Positions 46,067 through 55,881 of a stretch of DNA of 64,000 bases are shown here, one piece after another. Within the stretch, counting starts at the first letter, position 1. Each line of letters opens with the position of its first letter. The stretch covers positions 15,157 through 79,156 of the forward strand of contig WJIY01000015.1 in NCBI GenBank assembly GCA_014730005.1. Reading direction: 5' to 3'. The stretch comes from Candidatus Babelota bacterium (GTDB lineage: Bacteria; Babelota; Babeliae; Babelales; UASB340). Both the position numbers and the translations under genes were made by a program. The notes under the pieces are model-generated. The model made no database searches. It worked only from the letters and a program-made list of their open reading frames with translations, and was not told the origin of the DNA.

Positions 46067-48322
46067 GTGAAAGAATTTAATCAATTTATAAAAAAAGAAT
46101 TAAATATTCCCCAACAAAAAGCAGTTATCCATAAAAAAGGAGCAATAATCGTTATTGCTGGAGCAGGATCAGGAAAAACAAGAATAATAACAGCCCGCAT
46201 TGCAAATTTAATTTTAAATGAAAATACAAATCCAAATTCGATTGTAGCCTTAACTTTTACAAATAAAGCAGCAAATGAAATGAAAACACGTTTAATGCAA
46301 TTCTTGGGTTCAAAAAAACATCTTCCTTTTGTTGGGACATTTCATTCTTATTGTTTGCTTTTATTACGCAAAAATCCAACTCTTTTACCTTATCCGCAAT
46401 TCTCCATTATGGACTCAGATGATCAAATTACATTAATAAAAAAAATTCTTAAAAAAAGTGCTTTAGAAAAACAATTTTCAGCTAATGAAATTATTTATCA
46501 AATATCTAATCTAAAAAATAAATTTGATCCTAATTTTTACGAGCAAGAACTATCAAATAAATTATTTAAAGAGATATATTTTGCTTATGAATCTGAAAAA
46601 AATCTAGCCCATTGTTTTGACTTTGATGATTTAATGTTAGAAATTTTAAAAATTTTTAGAAAAAGTAAAGAATTTAAAAATAAATTTTTAGAAAAAATTA
46701 AACATATTCTTGTTGATGAATATCAAGATACAAATTTAATTCAACATGAACTGTTAAAACAAATGTCATTAAACAAAAACCAAAAACTTAAACTTAACAC
46801 TATTTGTATTGTGGGAGATGAAGATCAATCTATATATTCATGGCGAGGTGCTTTAGCATCAAACATGATGCAATTTGAAAAAGATTTTAAACCTGTTACA
46901 AAAATAAAAATCGAGCAAAATTATCGATCTGTACAACCAATACTTGAAGCTGCAAATATGATCATTAAAAACAATAAAAAAAGAACGAATAAAAATCTTT
47001 GGTCAGAAAAAAAAGCAAAAAATCGAATATTATCTTTAACTTGCATAGATGAAAAACAAGAAGCTGATGCTATCACTCATTTTATATCTTCACTGCCAAT
47101 AAAAACAAAATTAAATGAGATAGCAATTCTTTATCGCACACATTTTCAATCAAGAAACATAGAAGAAAGACTTATCCGAACCTCAATTCCCTATAAAATT
47201 ATTGGTGGCATTCGTTTTTACGAAAGAAAAGAAATTAAAGATTTAATTGCATATTTAAAGCTTATTGTTAATCCATATGACCGCAATAGCTTGCTGCGAA
47301 TTATAAATTGTCCTCAAAGAGGATTAGGAACAAAATTTGAAGAAATTTTATTTCAACAATGGGATTGGAATTCCCTTTTAGATTTTAAACAATTAATACA
47401 TCATATTATAAAAAATGATGATTTAAAAATTACCACTTCCAAAAAACAATCTATTTTAAACTTTATAAATATTTATAAAAACCTTTCTAAAGAGCAAAAA
47501 CCTTTATCTATACTCGATCATATAATTAACAAGGTTGAATATTTTAGTTATTTGCAAAAAAAATATGATCAACAAGAAACAGATACCAAAATTGAAAATA
47601 TCAAAGAATTTGTCAGGTCAGCTCAAGAATACGAACAAAAAACATCTGAAAATAGCCTAGAAACTTTTTTACAAGAAATCGCCTTACTTCAAGAAAAAAC
47701 AACTGATGCAAAACTAGAGAATAATCAAATCCAATGCATGACATTACATGCGGCAAAAGGACTCGAATTTGATAACATTATAATTACTGGACTTGAAGAA
47801 GGAATATTACCAAGTTATAAATCACTAAATACAACAAAAGAATTGGAAGAAGAACGAAGACTTTTCTATGTAGGAATAACCCGCGCAAAAGAAAGGCTAC
47901 TTTTATTACATACCCATAGTCGAAATAATTTTGGGCAAATAAATGATCAAGTTATCTCTAGATTTTTAACAGAAATGCCTAATAAATTAATAAAACATCA
48001 AGATATCTCCGAAAAAAACATCTTTGAAATAAAAAAAATATTCAATACCTGGCTAAATTGTAAAAAATCAGATGAAATTTTAACCTTTCCAAGCCTTGTT
48101 AAACCAATAATTAAAACTAAAAAAAATTTTAAAAATCAAAAAAAAAAATTAAATAAATTAATAAAACCAAAATGGAAAAAAAATAATTTTGTAAAACATC
48201 AAAAATTTGGTGTTGGAATAATTAAAAAAGTAGAACAAAAAGAAACTGATTTATTTTATATAACAGCTATATTTAAATCAGGAGAGAAAAAAATATTGTC
48301 AAACTTTCTCTCGTTAATATAA
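46067..48322 (+). CDS. UvrD/PcrA/Rep-family ATP-dependent DNA helicase
   Basis: 751 aa with a GTG start. LNIPQQKAV, Walker A AGAGSGKTRIIT, VDEYQDTN, NYRS, and LHAAKGLEFD...YVGITRAKERL helicase motifs. Confidence 0.9.
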   Translation: MKEFNQFIKKELNIPQQKAVIHKKGAIIVIAGAGSGKTRIITARIANLILNENTNPNSIVALTFTNKAANEMKTRLMQFLGSKKHLPFVGTFHSYCLLLLRKNPTLLPYPQFSIMDSDDQITLIKKILKKSALEKQFSANEIIYQISNLKNKFDPNFYEQELSNKLFKEIYFAYESEKNLAHCFDFDDLMLEILKIFRKSKEFKNKFLEKIKHILVDEYQDTNLIQHELLKQMSLNKNQKLKLNTICIVGDEDQSIYSWRGALASNMMQFEKDFKPVTKIKIEQNYRSVQPILEAANMIIKNNKKRTNKNLWSEKKAKNRILSLTCIDEKQEADAITHFISSLPIKTKLNEIAILYRTHFQSRNIEERLIRTSIPYKIIGGIRFYERKEIKDLIAYLKLIVNPYDRNSLLRIINCPQRGLGTKFEEILFQQWDWNSLLDFKQLIHHIIKNDDLKITTSKKQSILNFINIYKNLSKEQKPLSILDHIINKVEYFSYLQKKYDQQETDTKIENIKEFVRSAQEYEQKTSENSLETFLQEIALLQEKTTDAKLENNQIQCMTLHAAKGLEFDNIIITGLEEGILPSYKSLNTTKELEEERRLFYVGITRAKERLLLLHTHSRNNFGQINDQVISRFLTEMPNKLIKHQDISEKNIFEIKKIFNTWLNCKKSDEILTFPSLVKPIIKTKKNFKNQKKKLNKLIKPKWKKNNFVKHQKFGVGIIKKVEQKETDLFYITAIFKSGEKKILSNFLSLI

Positions 48323-48373
48323 TATTAATTTTTTATATCATATTTTTAAAAAAATATTCATGAGGAGATCTAA

Positions 48374-48877
48374 ATGGGAGGACTTCATTTAAACAAAAAA
48401 AATACAGTATTTATTTTATTATTTTTTATAATCACATTTCCTATTAAAAATAATAATAATGTTGAACAATCAAAAAATAACCTTCCACCAAAGCCACAAA
48501 TCATAAATAATATCGAAACGAGTCAAATAAATAATTTAGGAATCCATCTAATTGCTGATTTTTGGAATTGTAAAGTTCCTCAAAATATTACTGAATTAGA
48601 AAAATTGTTAAAAGATGCAGCAATAGAAGCAAACAGCACACCTCTTGAATTATCTGTGCATAAATTTGAACCGGAAGGTATTACAGGTATAATCATTCTT
48701 GCCGAATCACATATTTCAATACACTATTGGCCAGAAAAAAAATACGCTGCCGTTGATATTTTTACGTGTGGCACAAAATCAAAACCATACGAAGCACTTA
48801 AATATCTAAAAAAAAAATTAAAAACTAAAAAAGCAGAAGTCTTCGAAATCAAACGAGGCAAAATTAAATCAAATTAA
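48374..48877 (+). CDS. speH: S-adenosylmethionine decarboxylase proenzyme (small SpeH/SpeD type) with about 55-aa N-terminal hydrophobic extension
   Basis: 167 aa. LGIHLIADFWNC...VHKFEPEGITGIIILAESHISIHYWPEKKYAAVDIFTCG is collinear with B. subtilis SpeD, including the ES|H self-processing site. SD GAGGAG upstream. Confidence 0.8.
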   Translation: MGGLHLNKKNTVFILLFFIITFPIKNNNNVEQSKNNLPPKPQIINNIETSQINNLGIHLIADFWNCKVPQNITELEKLLKDAAIEANSTPLELSVHKFEPEGITGIIILAESHISIHYWPEKKYAAVDIFTCGTKSKPYEALKYLKKKLKTKKAEVFEIKRGKIKSN

Positions 48878-49368
48878 AAATCAAGGCTATAAAATGATAA
48901 AAAAATAAAAAATAATTACCTTAATCATTATACAATATTTTTTTCTTTTTCTCTAAAACAATTACATCCCACCTATAATCAAACACTTAAAATTGAGACA
49001 GATAATATTTTCCCATCTGAAATAAACACGTAGCAAGGTAAACTAAGTAAAAATATTGAATATTTATGTGAGTTTGAAAATAAAAAAAATGAGAAAAATT
49101 ATTTATAAAAATAAAGATAAAATTAACATAGAAATCATATATCAAATTGAAAAATCTCAAAACAATGATTTTTAGTTACTATGATAGTTAATATACAAAA
49201 TATATATCCATTTATTGAATTATATCGATTATAAAACATTTCTGAAATAAAAAAAATCATAAAAACTATATGTAATTTTAAAAATGATATATTAGATTGG
49301 TTCTTATAAGCATCAGGACATGCAAAAAATACCAAGATTATATTTTGTATAACTTCGGTATTAAATTC

Positions 49369-50067
49369 TTAACATCTATAAGGCACTGTTTGATTATGAG
49401 TAAAAGGCATGGCAGCATTAAATTCTTCTAAAACCGAATTTATTTCTGCAATTTCTTCTTTTTTTATTTTAGGTTTTTGCCAATCTCCAATTTTAAATTT
49501 CAATTTAGCAGCTAAAGGTCTTCCTTTATAATTTAAAGCTCCCCCTTTATCAATCATTTTTAAAATTGAAGAATTATAATCAATTTTAAAATCTTTACCT
49601 ACATGTAAACCATTAGGAAGTTTTACAAAATCTCCTGGAACAATAAAAATTCCTTCTTTTGTTCTCACAATTCTATAAAGTTTTCCTTGCATTGTTGGAT
49701 TATCATATAAATAAGGCCCCCTCCAGTTTTTTGGATATGCAAGATTAAGTGGGCCAACTTCTGAGCCTGTAAACTTTGTAATATTTAAAAAATCTATAAA
49801 ATTATTTTTATCCTTTATTTTCAATATACTGCAATCATCATCAATATTATTTAACGCATTAACAATTTTTTTAATGTCAGTAGTTATAATTGCCGCAGCA
49901 AAATATGGTTTATTATGAAAAATCTTAACAACAAACAATAGAATTAAAAGTGCAAATAAAGAAATGCTAAAAATCGGAAAATATTTTTGAAAAGCCCCCG
50001 CAACCGGTTTTATTTTTTGATCAACCTTGCGATCAAAATTAATTATTATATCATCTATTTTTTTCAT
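49369..50067 (-). CDS. Orphan single-TM protein (232 aa)
   Basis: Cytoplasmic N-terminus, TM FPIFSISLFALLILLFVVKIF, then a soluble domain with no recognised motif. Confidence 0.5.
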   Translation of the reverse strand: MKKIDDIIINFDRKVDQKIKPVAGAFQKYFPIFSISLFALLILLFVVKIFHNKPYFAAAIITTDIKKIVNALNNIDDDCSILKIKDKNNFIDFLNITKFTGSEVGPLNLAYPKNWRGPYLYDNPTMQGKLYRIVRTKEGIFIVPGDFVKLPNGLHVGKDFKIDYNSSILKMIDKGGALNYKGRPLAAKLKFKIGDWQKPKIKKEEIAEINSVLEEFNAAMPFTHNQTVPYRC

Positions 50068-50168
50068 ATTCCCCCCTTGAACGAAGTTATTATCGTTTTA
50101 CAAGTTAATCTTACAAAAAATATAAACATAAAATAAAGAATTTAGCTTTTTTTGAATATTTTTCAGTT

Positions 50169-50807
50169 TTAAAAGAAAAGCATTCTAAAAAGATGATCCA
50201 AAAAATACAAGCCAACAACTATAAAAATAATACCTGTTACTATAGATATAAATTTAAGCCATTTTGGACTTATACAATTGCCAATAAAACTAGATATTAA
50301 TGAAACCAAAGAGAGAACAGATAAAGATCCTGTAAAAACCATTAAACTACAAAAAATTACCTGTCTTAATGATAATGAAATAACACCTGTAGGCAATACT
50401 TGAACACCAATAAACATAAAAAACAACAAAACAAATGGGTTTAAAGCTGTTATAATAAATGATTTAAGTATTATTAAAAAAGTTCCTAATCTTCCTTCTA
50501 TGGGTAAAATATCAATTCTATATTTTCCTTTACGTAAAGTATAAATACCAAACAAAATGAGTAAAAATCCACCTGCGGTATCTAACCAAAACATAAAGCT
50601 TTTAGATTCCTGTAATATCGTTAAAATACCCATCAATCCCAAGAAGAAATAAATAGTGTCTGAAATACAAGAACCAAAAGCTGTCGCAAAAGCTTTTCCA
50701 AAACCGTAAAGGGCACCCCTATTAAAAGTTAAAATAAATATAGGACCTAAAGAAGAAGAAGCTAAAATGCCAATCAAAAAACAACGTAAATAAATTGAGT
50801 ATTCCAT
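50169..50807 (-). CDS. LysE/RhtB-family amino-acid exporter
   Basis: 212 aa with about 6 TMs. N-terminal ...GILASSSLGPIFILTFNRGALYGFGKAFATAFGSCISDTIYF matches the LysE family pattern. Confidence 0.7.
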   Translation of the reverse strand: MEYSIYLRCFLIGILASSSLGPIFILTFNRGALYGFGKAFATAFGSCISDTIYFFLGLMGILTILQESKSFMFWLDTAGGFLLILFGIYTLRKGKYRIDILPIEGRLGTFLIILKSFIITALNPFVLLFFMFIGVQVLPTGVISLSLRQVIFCSLMVFTGSLSVLSLVSLISSFIGNCISPKWLKFISIVTGIIFIVVGLYFLDHLFRMLFF

Positions 50808-50900
50808 TCACACCTCTTAAAAACACATCAGTTTTATATTATTATATCATAATCAATCAAAAAAGCTTAAAAATAAAATTTGAAATTAAGGAAATATATA

Positions 50901-52235
50901 GTGAAACAAGAAATAAAATTCGGAACTGATGGAATCAGAGGTAATGCAAAACAATTTCCATTTACAAAAAAAGCTCTTAATTACTTAGGTATGGCCATTG
51001 GAAAATGGAGCATAAAAAAATATAAAAAAAAAAAACCAACAGTTCTTATTGGTTATGATACAAGATCCTCCTCTCCCCGAATAGCAAAAAATATTATCGG
51101 TGGTCTAAATCTTTTTGGAATAAATGTATTTAATGCAAAAATTTTACCCACCCCTGCAGTTTGTCTTTTAACGAAAAAAACAAAAAAAATCGATTTTGGA
51201 ATCGTAATTTCCGCATCCCATAATCCTTATACCGACAATGGCATAAAAATAATTGACTCAAAAAAAATAAAATTAACCAAAAAAGATGAAGAAAAAATTA
51301 TTGTTAATTTTAAAAATATATCACAAACAAAATATAACAACTTAAATTATCTATCAAAACCATGGAAAGAAGCTTACAAAACATATCAACAACAAATTAT
51401 ATCTCTTTTTAAGCCTAATTTCTTAAAAAACTTAAAAATAGTTCTTGATTGCTCTAATGGAGCTAATTACAAAATAGCTCCGAAAATATTTAAAAAATTA
51501 GGTGCAACAGTTTTTACCATATTTAACAAACCAACTGGAAAAAATATAAATGAAGATTGTGGAACCTTATATTTAAAAAACCTCAAAAATACAATATTTA
51601 AAAAAAAAGCGGATATTGGATTTGCATTTGACGGTGATGGAGATAGAGTATTAGCTATAAGTAAAAGTGGAAAAATCATTGACGGGGATGATATCTTAGA
51701 ACTTTTATCTAAACATCCAGAACTAATTAATTACAATAAAATTGTCGGAACAATTATGTCAAATTTTGGATTAGAGCAACATTTACATAAAAAAAATAAA
51801 ACACTAATAAGAACCCCTGTAGGTGATAAATATATTGCAATAAAACTTGAAGAGGAAAATCTTCATTTAGGTGGAGAAAACTCAGGTCATATTATTATAA
51901 AAAATTATATCAATACTGGAGATGGAATTTATACAGCTTTAAAGGTACTAGAATCTATATTGTCAAATGATAATTGGGAAATCAAAACTTTTAAAAAAAT
52001 ACCACAAATTCTATTGAATATCCCAGTTGCAAAAAAAAAAGATTTAACTATAGAACCATATGCTAATATAATTGAAGAATATAAAAATCTTTTAATAAAT
52101 GGAAGATTTGTTATACGGTATTCAGGAACCGAAAATCTATTACGTATAATGGTTGAAGATGAACAATTAGACCATGCCAAAAAAATTGCAATGGTTCTCG
52201 CTCACAAATTACAAAATACTTTAATTCAGGAGTAA
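50901..52235 (+). CDS. glmM: Phosphoglucosamine mutase
   Basis: The track ORF begins at TTG 50880. GTG 50901 follows AAGGAAA and gives VKQEIKFGTDGIRG (typical GlmM N-terminus). SASHNPYTDNGIK and FDGDGDR are present. Confidence 0.9.
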   Translation: MKQEIKFGTDGIRGNAKQFPFTKKALNYLGMAIGKWSIKKYKKKKPTVLIGYDTRSSSPRIAKNIIGGLNLFGINVFNAKILPTPAVCLLTKKTKKIDFGIVISASHNPYTDNGIKIIDSKKIKLTKKDEEKIIVNFKNISQTKYNNLNYLSKPWKEAYKTYQQQIISLFKPNFLKNLKIVLDCSNGANYKIAPKIFKKLGATVFTIFNKPTGKNINEDCGTLYLKNLKNTIFKKKADIGFAFDGDGDRVLAISKSGKIIDGDDILELLSKHPELINYNKIVGTIMSNFGLEQHLHKKNKTLIRTPVGDKYIAIKLEEENLHLGGENSGHIIIKNYINTGDGIYTALKVLESILSNDNWEIKTFKKIPQILLNIPVAKKKDLTIEPYANIIEEYKNLLINGRFVIRYSGTENLLRIMVEDEQLDHAKKIAMVLAHKLQNTLIQE

Positions 52236-52241
52236 ATCTAA

Positions 52242-52889
52242 ATGAAAATAATAAAAATTTTAGATTATATTCTAGATCAAATAAAATCATTATTTTTAAG
52301 TGGATTCATTACAATTATACCTTTAGCCGCTACCTTATTTTTTGTACATTTTACCTATAATACGTTAGCAAAATGGCTAATGCCCTTGAAAAAATTAGAA
52401 CCCGAATTTTTACAAAAAGTTCCAGGGGCTGAAATTGTAATTTTTATAATCTTCATTTTATTAATTGGCGCTTTGGTAAAATTATTTATAATCACTCCAA
52501 TAATCCACCGCATTGAAAAAATAATAATCCGAATTCCTTTATTAAGAATGGTATATTCTTCTGCAAAAACACTGGTTGAATTTTTTAATGTCCCAAATCC
52601 CGCTACAGCAAGCAAAAAAGTTGTGCTAATACAATATCCGCGAAAAGGTTCATATAATCTTGCTTTCATGCTCGAATCGGCAAATAATGATTTTGGAAAA
52701 ATAATTAATGATAATCGTAATTTCTTTAAAGTATTTATGCCAAACTCTCCAAATCCAACTAGCGGATATTTTTTTATTTTACCTGAGGAAGAAATCATAC
52801 CAACAAATATAACTTTCGAAGAAGCAATAAAAGCAGTTGTATCTTGTGGATTAATAACCCCTGAAACAATCAAAACATTAAAAAAATAA
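52242..52889 (+). CDS. DUF502 family membrane protein
   Basis: 215 aa with two N-terminal TMs. ...RIPLLRMVYSSAKTLVE... and ...MPNSPNPTSGYFFILPEEEIIPTNITFEEAIKAVVSCG are the conserved DUF502 blocks. Confidence 0.75.
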   Translation: MKIIKILDYILDQIKSLFLSGFITIIPLAATLFFVHFTYNTLAKWLMPLKKLEPEFLQKVPGAEIVIFIIFILLIGALVKLFIITPIIHRIEKIIIRIPLLRMVYSSAKTLVEFFNVPNPATASKKVVLIQYPRKGSYNLAFMLESANNDFGKIINDNRNFFKVFMPNSPNPTSGYFFILPEEEIIPTNITFEEAIKAVVSCGLITPETIKTLKK

Positions 52890-54002
52890 ATGGTTTTAAT
52901 TTTATATCTTATAAAAAGATATTTAAAATATCTTTTTACAATAAATTTTTCACTTACACTGCTCTTCAATTTTATTGAATTTTTTGAAAAAACTATGCGA
53001 ATCCAACATGCAACAACAATAATGACTTTGAATTTTATTTCATTAAATATTCTACCATCTTTCTTTCAAACACTACCTATAAGTGTATGGCTTGCTACTT
53101 GCTTATTACTTAAAGAATTAGTCCAACAAGATGAATTGCAAACATGCAAAATTTTAAATATAAATAATAATAAAATATTAAATTTTTTTATAATTACAGG
53201 AGTGTTTTTAACAATTTCTAGTTTCATAATTAAAGAACAATTTATAATAAAAATTGAAAAACAATCTGAACAATTCAAGCTTGCAAATTTTAAGCAATTA
53301 AGTCATCAAAAAATAATAAATAAATGGCTTATCCTTTCAACGAACGAGGTACAAAATAAACAACTCAATTCTTCTTTATTAAATACACCAATTATAAATA
53401 ATATTTTTTGTTATTTTGATTTTTTAGATCTTCAAACGGAAACCGGTGCAAATATAATTTTAATATGCTTGACATCAAATTTTGAAATTAACAAAATAAT
53501 AAAATGTAAAAATTTTTCTGTTAACACAAAAAAACAAACTTTAATTTTTTCAAACCCTACAATTTTATATAACGATAGCAATATAGAAAATAAACAAATA
53601 ACTATTGAGATGAATTTGGAAAGTTTTTTTTCACAAATAAAATTAGAAAATGGAATCCCAAGCATTTCATTATTAATTAAAACTTTAATTTCTAGTAAAA
53701 ATATAATTCCAAGAGATTTTTGGAATAACTTATTTTATCAATTTATTAAAAGGATTCTATTTCATTTACAAAACTTAATTTATCCGATTTTAACTTTTTA
53801 TTTCTTTCTTTTATTCCCATTTCATATTTATTATAAATGGATATTAATATTCTTGCCTTATCCATTAATGATAATAATAGAATTAATATCAGATATAATT
53901 ATTTCGCAATATTTCCATCCGCTATTAACACTTTTTCCATATTTAATATTACTATTCATAGTATATATTCATCATAAAAAACTTGAAAAAACTTTTTATT
54001 AA
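52890..54002 (+). CDS. LptF/LptG (YjgP/YjgQ) family LPS export permease
   Basis: 370 aa. N-terminus LYLIKRYLKYLFTINFSLTLLFNFIEFFEK, central periplasmic domain, C-terminal TMs. Family-level call only. Confidence 0.65.
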   Translation: MVLILYLIKRYLKYLFTINFSLTLLFNFIEFFEKTMRIQHATTIMTLNFISLNILPSFFQTLPISVWLATCLLLKELVQQDELQTCKILNINNNKILNFFIITGVFLTISSFIIKEQFIIKIEKQSEQFKLANFKQLSHQKIINKWLILSTNEVQNKQLNSSLLNTPIINNIFCYFDFLDLQTETGANIILICLTSNFEINKIIKCKNFSVNTKKQTLIFSNPTILYNDSNIENKQITIEMNLESFFSQIKLENGIPSISLLIKTLISSKNIIPRDFWNNLFYQFIKRILFHLQNLIYPILTFYFFLLFPFHIYYKWILIFLPYPLMIIIELISDIIISQYFHPLLTLFPYLILLFIVYIHHKKLEKTFY

Positions 54003-54057
54003 AATAAACTTTAATTTTAGAAATATACAAAATATTAAAAATTTTCAAAGGAGATTT

Positions 54058-55221
54058 ATGAAAAAAAATATCATTAAAAAAACAAACGCAATTCTTTTAT
54101 ATAGTATCTTTTTTTTACATATAAATATATATGCAAATACCGAAGAAGCTTTGTCATACACATCAGAAACAATTCAACCAGGTGAAGAAATCAGCAATAT
54201 TAATGAAAACAATATTAATGAACCTAATGTCGGTGAAATAATTAATATTGATGATGAAACTAATCAAATAGATGAAACTAATAATACTGCAAAACATACC
54301 GAACCTACAACCATAGTTAATAACAATGAAAATGTTAAAAATTCAGCATTAAAATTGAGTCAAGCCGCCTGTTTTTTTAATACCAATGGAGACGATCCAT
54401 TTCTTATAGTTTTAGATCCTTCAATCCGAGAAACAAAAATAATCAAATGCGGTTGCTTTGATAGTAATACACAAGTACCTCGACAAATTAAAACAGAAAA
54501 TGATTTAAAAAATCTTATACCTTTACGTCTAACGATTAATGGATTTGGTGGAAACTATAAATATGACATCAAGTATCCCGGGGAAAGAAAATCTATGGTA
54601 GGATCACTGCTTGCATCAACTATTCTACCTGATATAAAATACAAAGGAGCACTTTTCATTGATGAATACAACGCTGGAATACCAATGTTCTGGGTATTAA
54701 AAAATATAAATGAATTAAGATCATTAATAAAATATTTTAATAAAAACCTTGAACAAAATCCTATGCCAAAACAAAAAAATATTTTAGTTTTAAAATTTTT
54801 AAATGATCCCAATTTAGAAACCTTAACAGAAATGGATAAACAATTTTTAAATAAATATTTTGAATTATTTCCACTAACAGATAAAGATCTAAAAAATTTT
54901 TTTGAGAATAGAAATAATATGTTAATTGATACTAATTTCAATATGGGAAATTCAAAACCTAAACGAATAGGAGAAAGCATCTTACAAGGAATTTTCAGAC
55001 AAGCAGAAAGTTTTTATGAAGATTTTGAGGCAAAAAAAATAGCTATTTTAATTGGCGCATTTATAGCAATCACTTTCATTCATGATACAATTAAAGATGA
55101 AACTAAAAAAATTAATCAATATAGAAAAAATGGATTCAAAAAACTTTTCGGTGATGAAACTATTACTGGAGCATTTGCTAATTTTATAAATTATCTAAAA
55201 AATACGTTCAGCTCGCTATAA
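54058..55221 (+). CDS. Orphan secreted protein with N/E-rich low-complexity region and C-terminal TM (about 387 aa)
   Basis: The track ORF starts at 53983, overlapping the previous gene. The ATG at 54058 follows AAGGAG and opens MKKNIIKKTNAILLYSIFFLHINIYA (signal-like). TM IAILIGAFIAITFI near the C-terminus. Confidence 0.55.
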   Translation: MKKNIIKKTNAILLYSIFFLHINIYANTEEALSYTSETIQPGEEISNINENNINEPNVGEIINIDDETNQIDETNNTAKHTEPTTIVNNNENVKNSALKLSQAACFFNTNGDDPFLIVLDPSIRETKIIKCGCFDSNTQVPRQIKTENDLKNLIPLRLTINGFGGNYKYDIKYPGERKSMVGSLLASTILPDIKYKGALFIDEYNAGIPMFWVLKNINELRSLIKYFNKNLEQNPMPKQKNILVLKFLNDPNLETLTEMDKQFLNKYFELFPLTDKDLKNFFENRNNMLIDTNFNMGNSKPKRIGESILQGIFRQAESFYEDFEAKKIAILIGAFIAITFIHDTIKDETKKINQYRKNGFKKLFGDETITGAFANFINYLKNTFSSL

Positions 55222-55257
55222 CAAAGATTAAAAATTTTGGTTTAAATTAAAAATAAG

Positions 55258-55314
55258 AATAATTGTTAAAAATAAGGGCGACAATATGTGTCGCCCTTAT
55301 TTTTAACAATTATT
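55258..55314. terminator. Bidirectional intrinsic terminator: perfect 26-bp stem, 5-nt loop, G+C core AAGGGCGACA/TGTCGCCCTT flanked by A- and T-tracts
   Basis: Left arm 55258-55283 and right arm 55289-55314 are exact reverse complements. Lies 37 nt after the stop of the 54058-55221 gene. Confidence 0.65.
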
Positions 55315-55337
55315 TTCTAACAAAACTAAATAACACA

Positions 55338-55745
55338 AGTTGGATAACCAACAATTTCAAAAATAATCATAACGCAAAAATTATAAAATTTTCTATTAAC
55401 TTCTGGAAATGTAAGTGATATTAATCCAAAGGTAATTGATATTATCACAAAACTATTAACAGGGAAAGTCATTTGGAGATGAAGGAATTTATCTAAAAAA
55501 ATATTTTAAAAATTGTACAACAGAAATATAACATTAATCACAAAATTAAAAACAATATGAAAAATAAATTGATGAATTTTATAGATAATTTTTTTTAAAA
55601 AAAAGGGGTGTAATCGAATCTGTAAATTACTTACAAATGTTAAATTGAATATACTAGATATCAAAGTTTTAATGACTTCTTTATAAATTTAACGGCTGGA
55701 ATTGCTGCATATAATTTTAGAAAATATAAACCATCAATTTTTACT
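55338..55745 (+). pseudogene. Relic of a DDE transposase (C-terminal about 135 codon-equivalents, at least 5 frame disruptions)
   Basis: Hand translation across frames: SWITNNFKNNHNAKIIKFSI / LLTSGNVSDINPKVIDIITKLLTGK / GKSFGDEGIYLKKYF / ITLITKLK / KNNMKNKLMNFIDNFF / LKKRGVIESVNYLQMLN / IEYTRYQSFNDFFINLTAGIAAYNFRKYKPSIF. This reproduces the order GDKGY ... NMKN ... IE(T)VN ... H.RHRS.NF ... AY....KKPS that I recall for IS4/IS5/IS982-like transposases. Confidence 0.55.
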
Positions 55746-55881
55746 ATTAAGCTGATACTTTGCTTAAACCGAACTTACGTTAATTTAACTATTAATTTTG
55801 GTACAAGAAAAAAGAATCCTAGTATTTTTAATACTCAATAGTATTATCTAAAAGTATATTACAAAAAGATATCAATATATT

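Noticed and set aside
48878-49368. 490-bp gene-poor AT-rich interval including the 66-aa ORF 49135-49335; inspected for ncRNA (tmRNA, SRP, RNase P, 6S) or gene relics
   Set aside because: I could find no conserved RNA motifs (no T-arm GTTCGA-type element, no SRP GGAA/AGCA helix 8 motif) and no translated relic in any frame. The 66-aa ORF lacks an SD and is low complexity. Left unannotated.
52355-52969. 204-aa minus-strand ORF, unusually long for an antisense ORF
   Set aside because: It fully overlaps the DUF502 gene (52242-52889, +), whose conserved family blocks identify the true frame. The antisense product has no SD, no motif and odd composition.
54555-54980. 141-aa minus-strand ORF
   Set aside because: It is embedded antisense in the 54058-55221 ORF, which has a strong SD and signal peptide. 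It has no start context of its own.
55258-55314. 26-bp-stem hairpin (and the similar 25-bp one at 60147-60202) considered as MITE/REP-like repeated elements
   Set aside because: The two share only a generic AATAAGGG-type core, not sequence identity. Each sits directly after a stop codon with flanking A/T tracts. Both are adequately explained as bidirectional intrinsic terminators.
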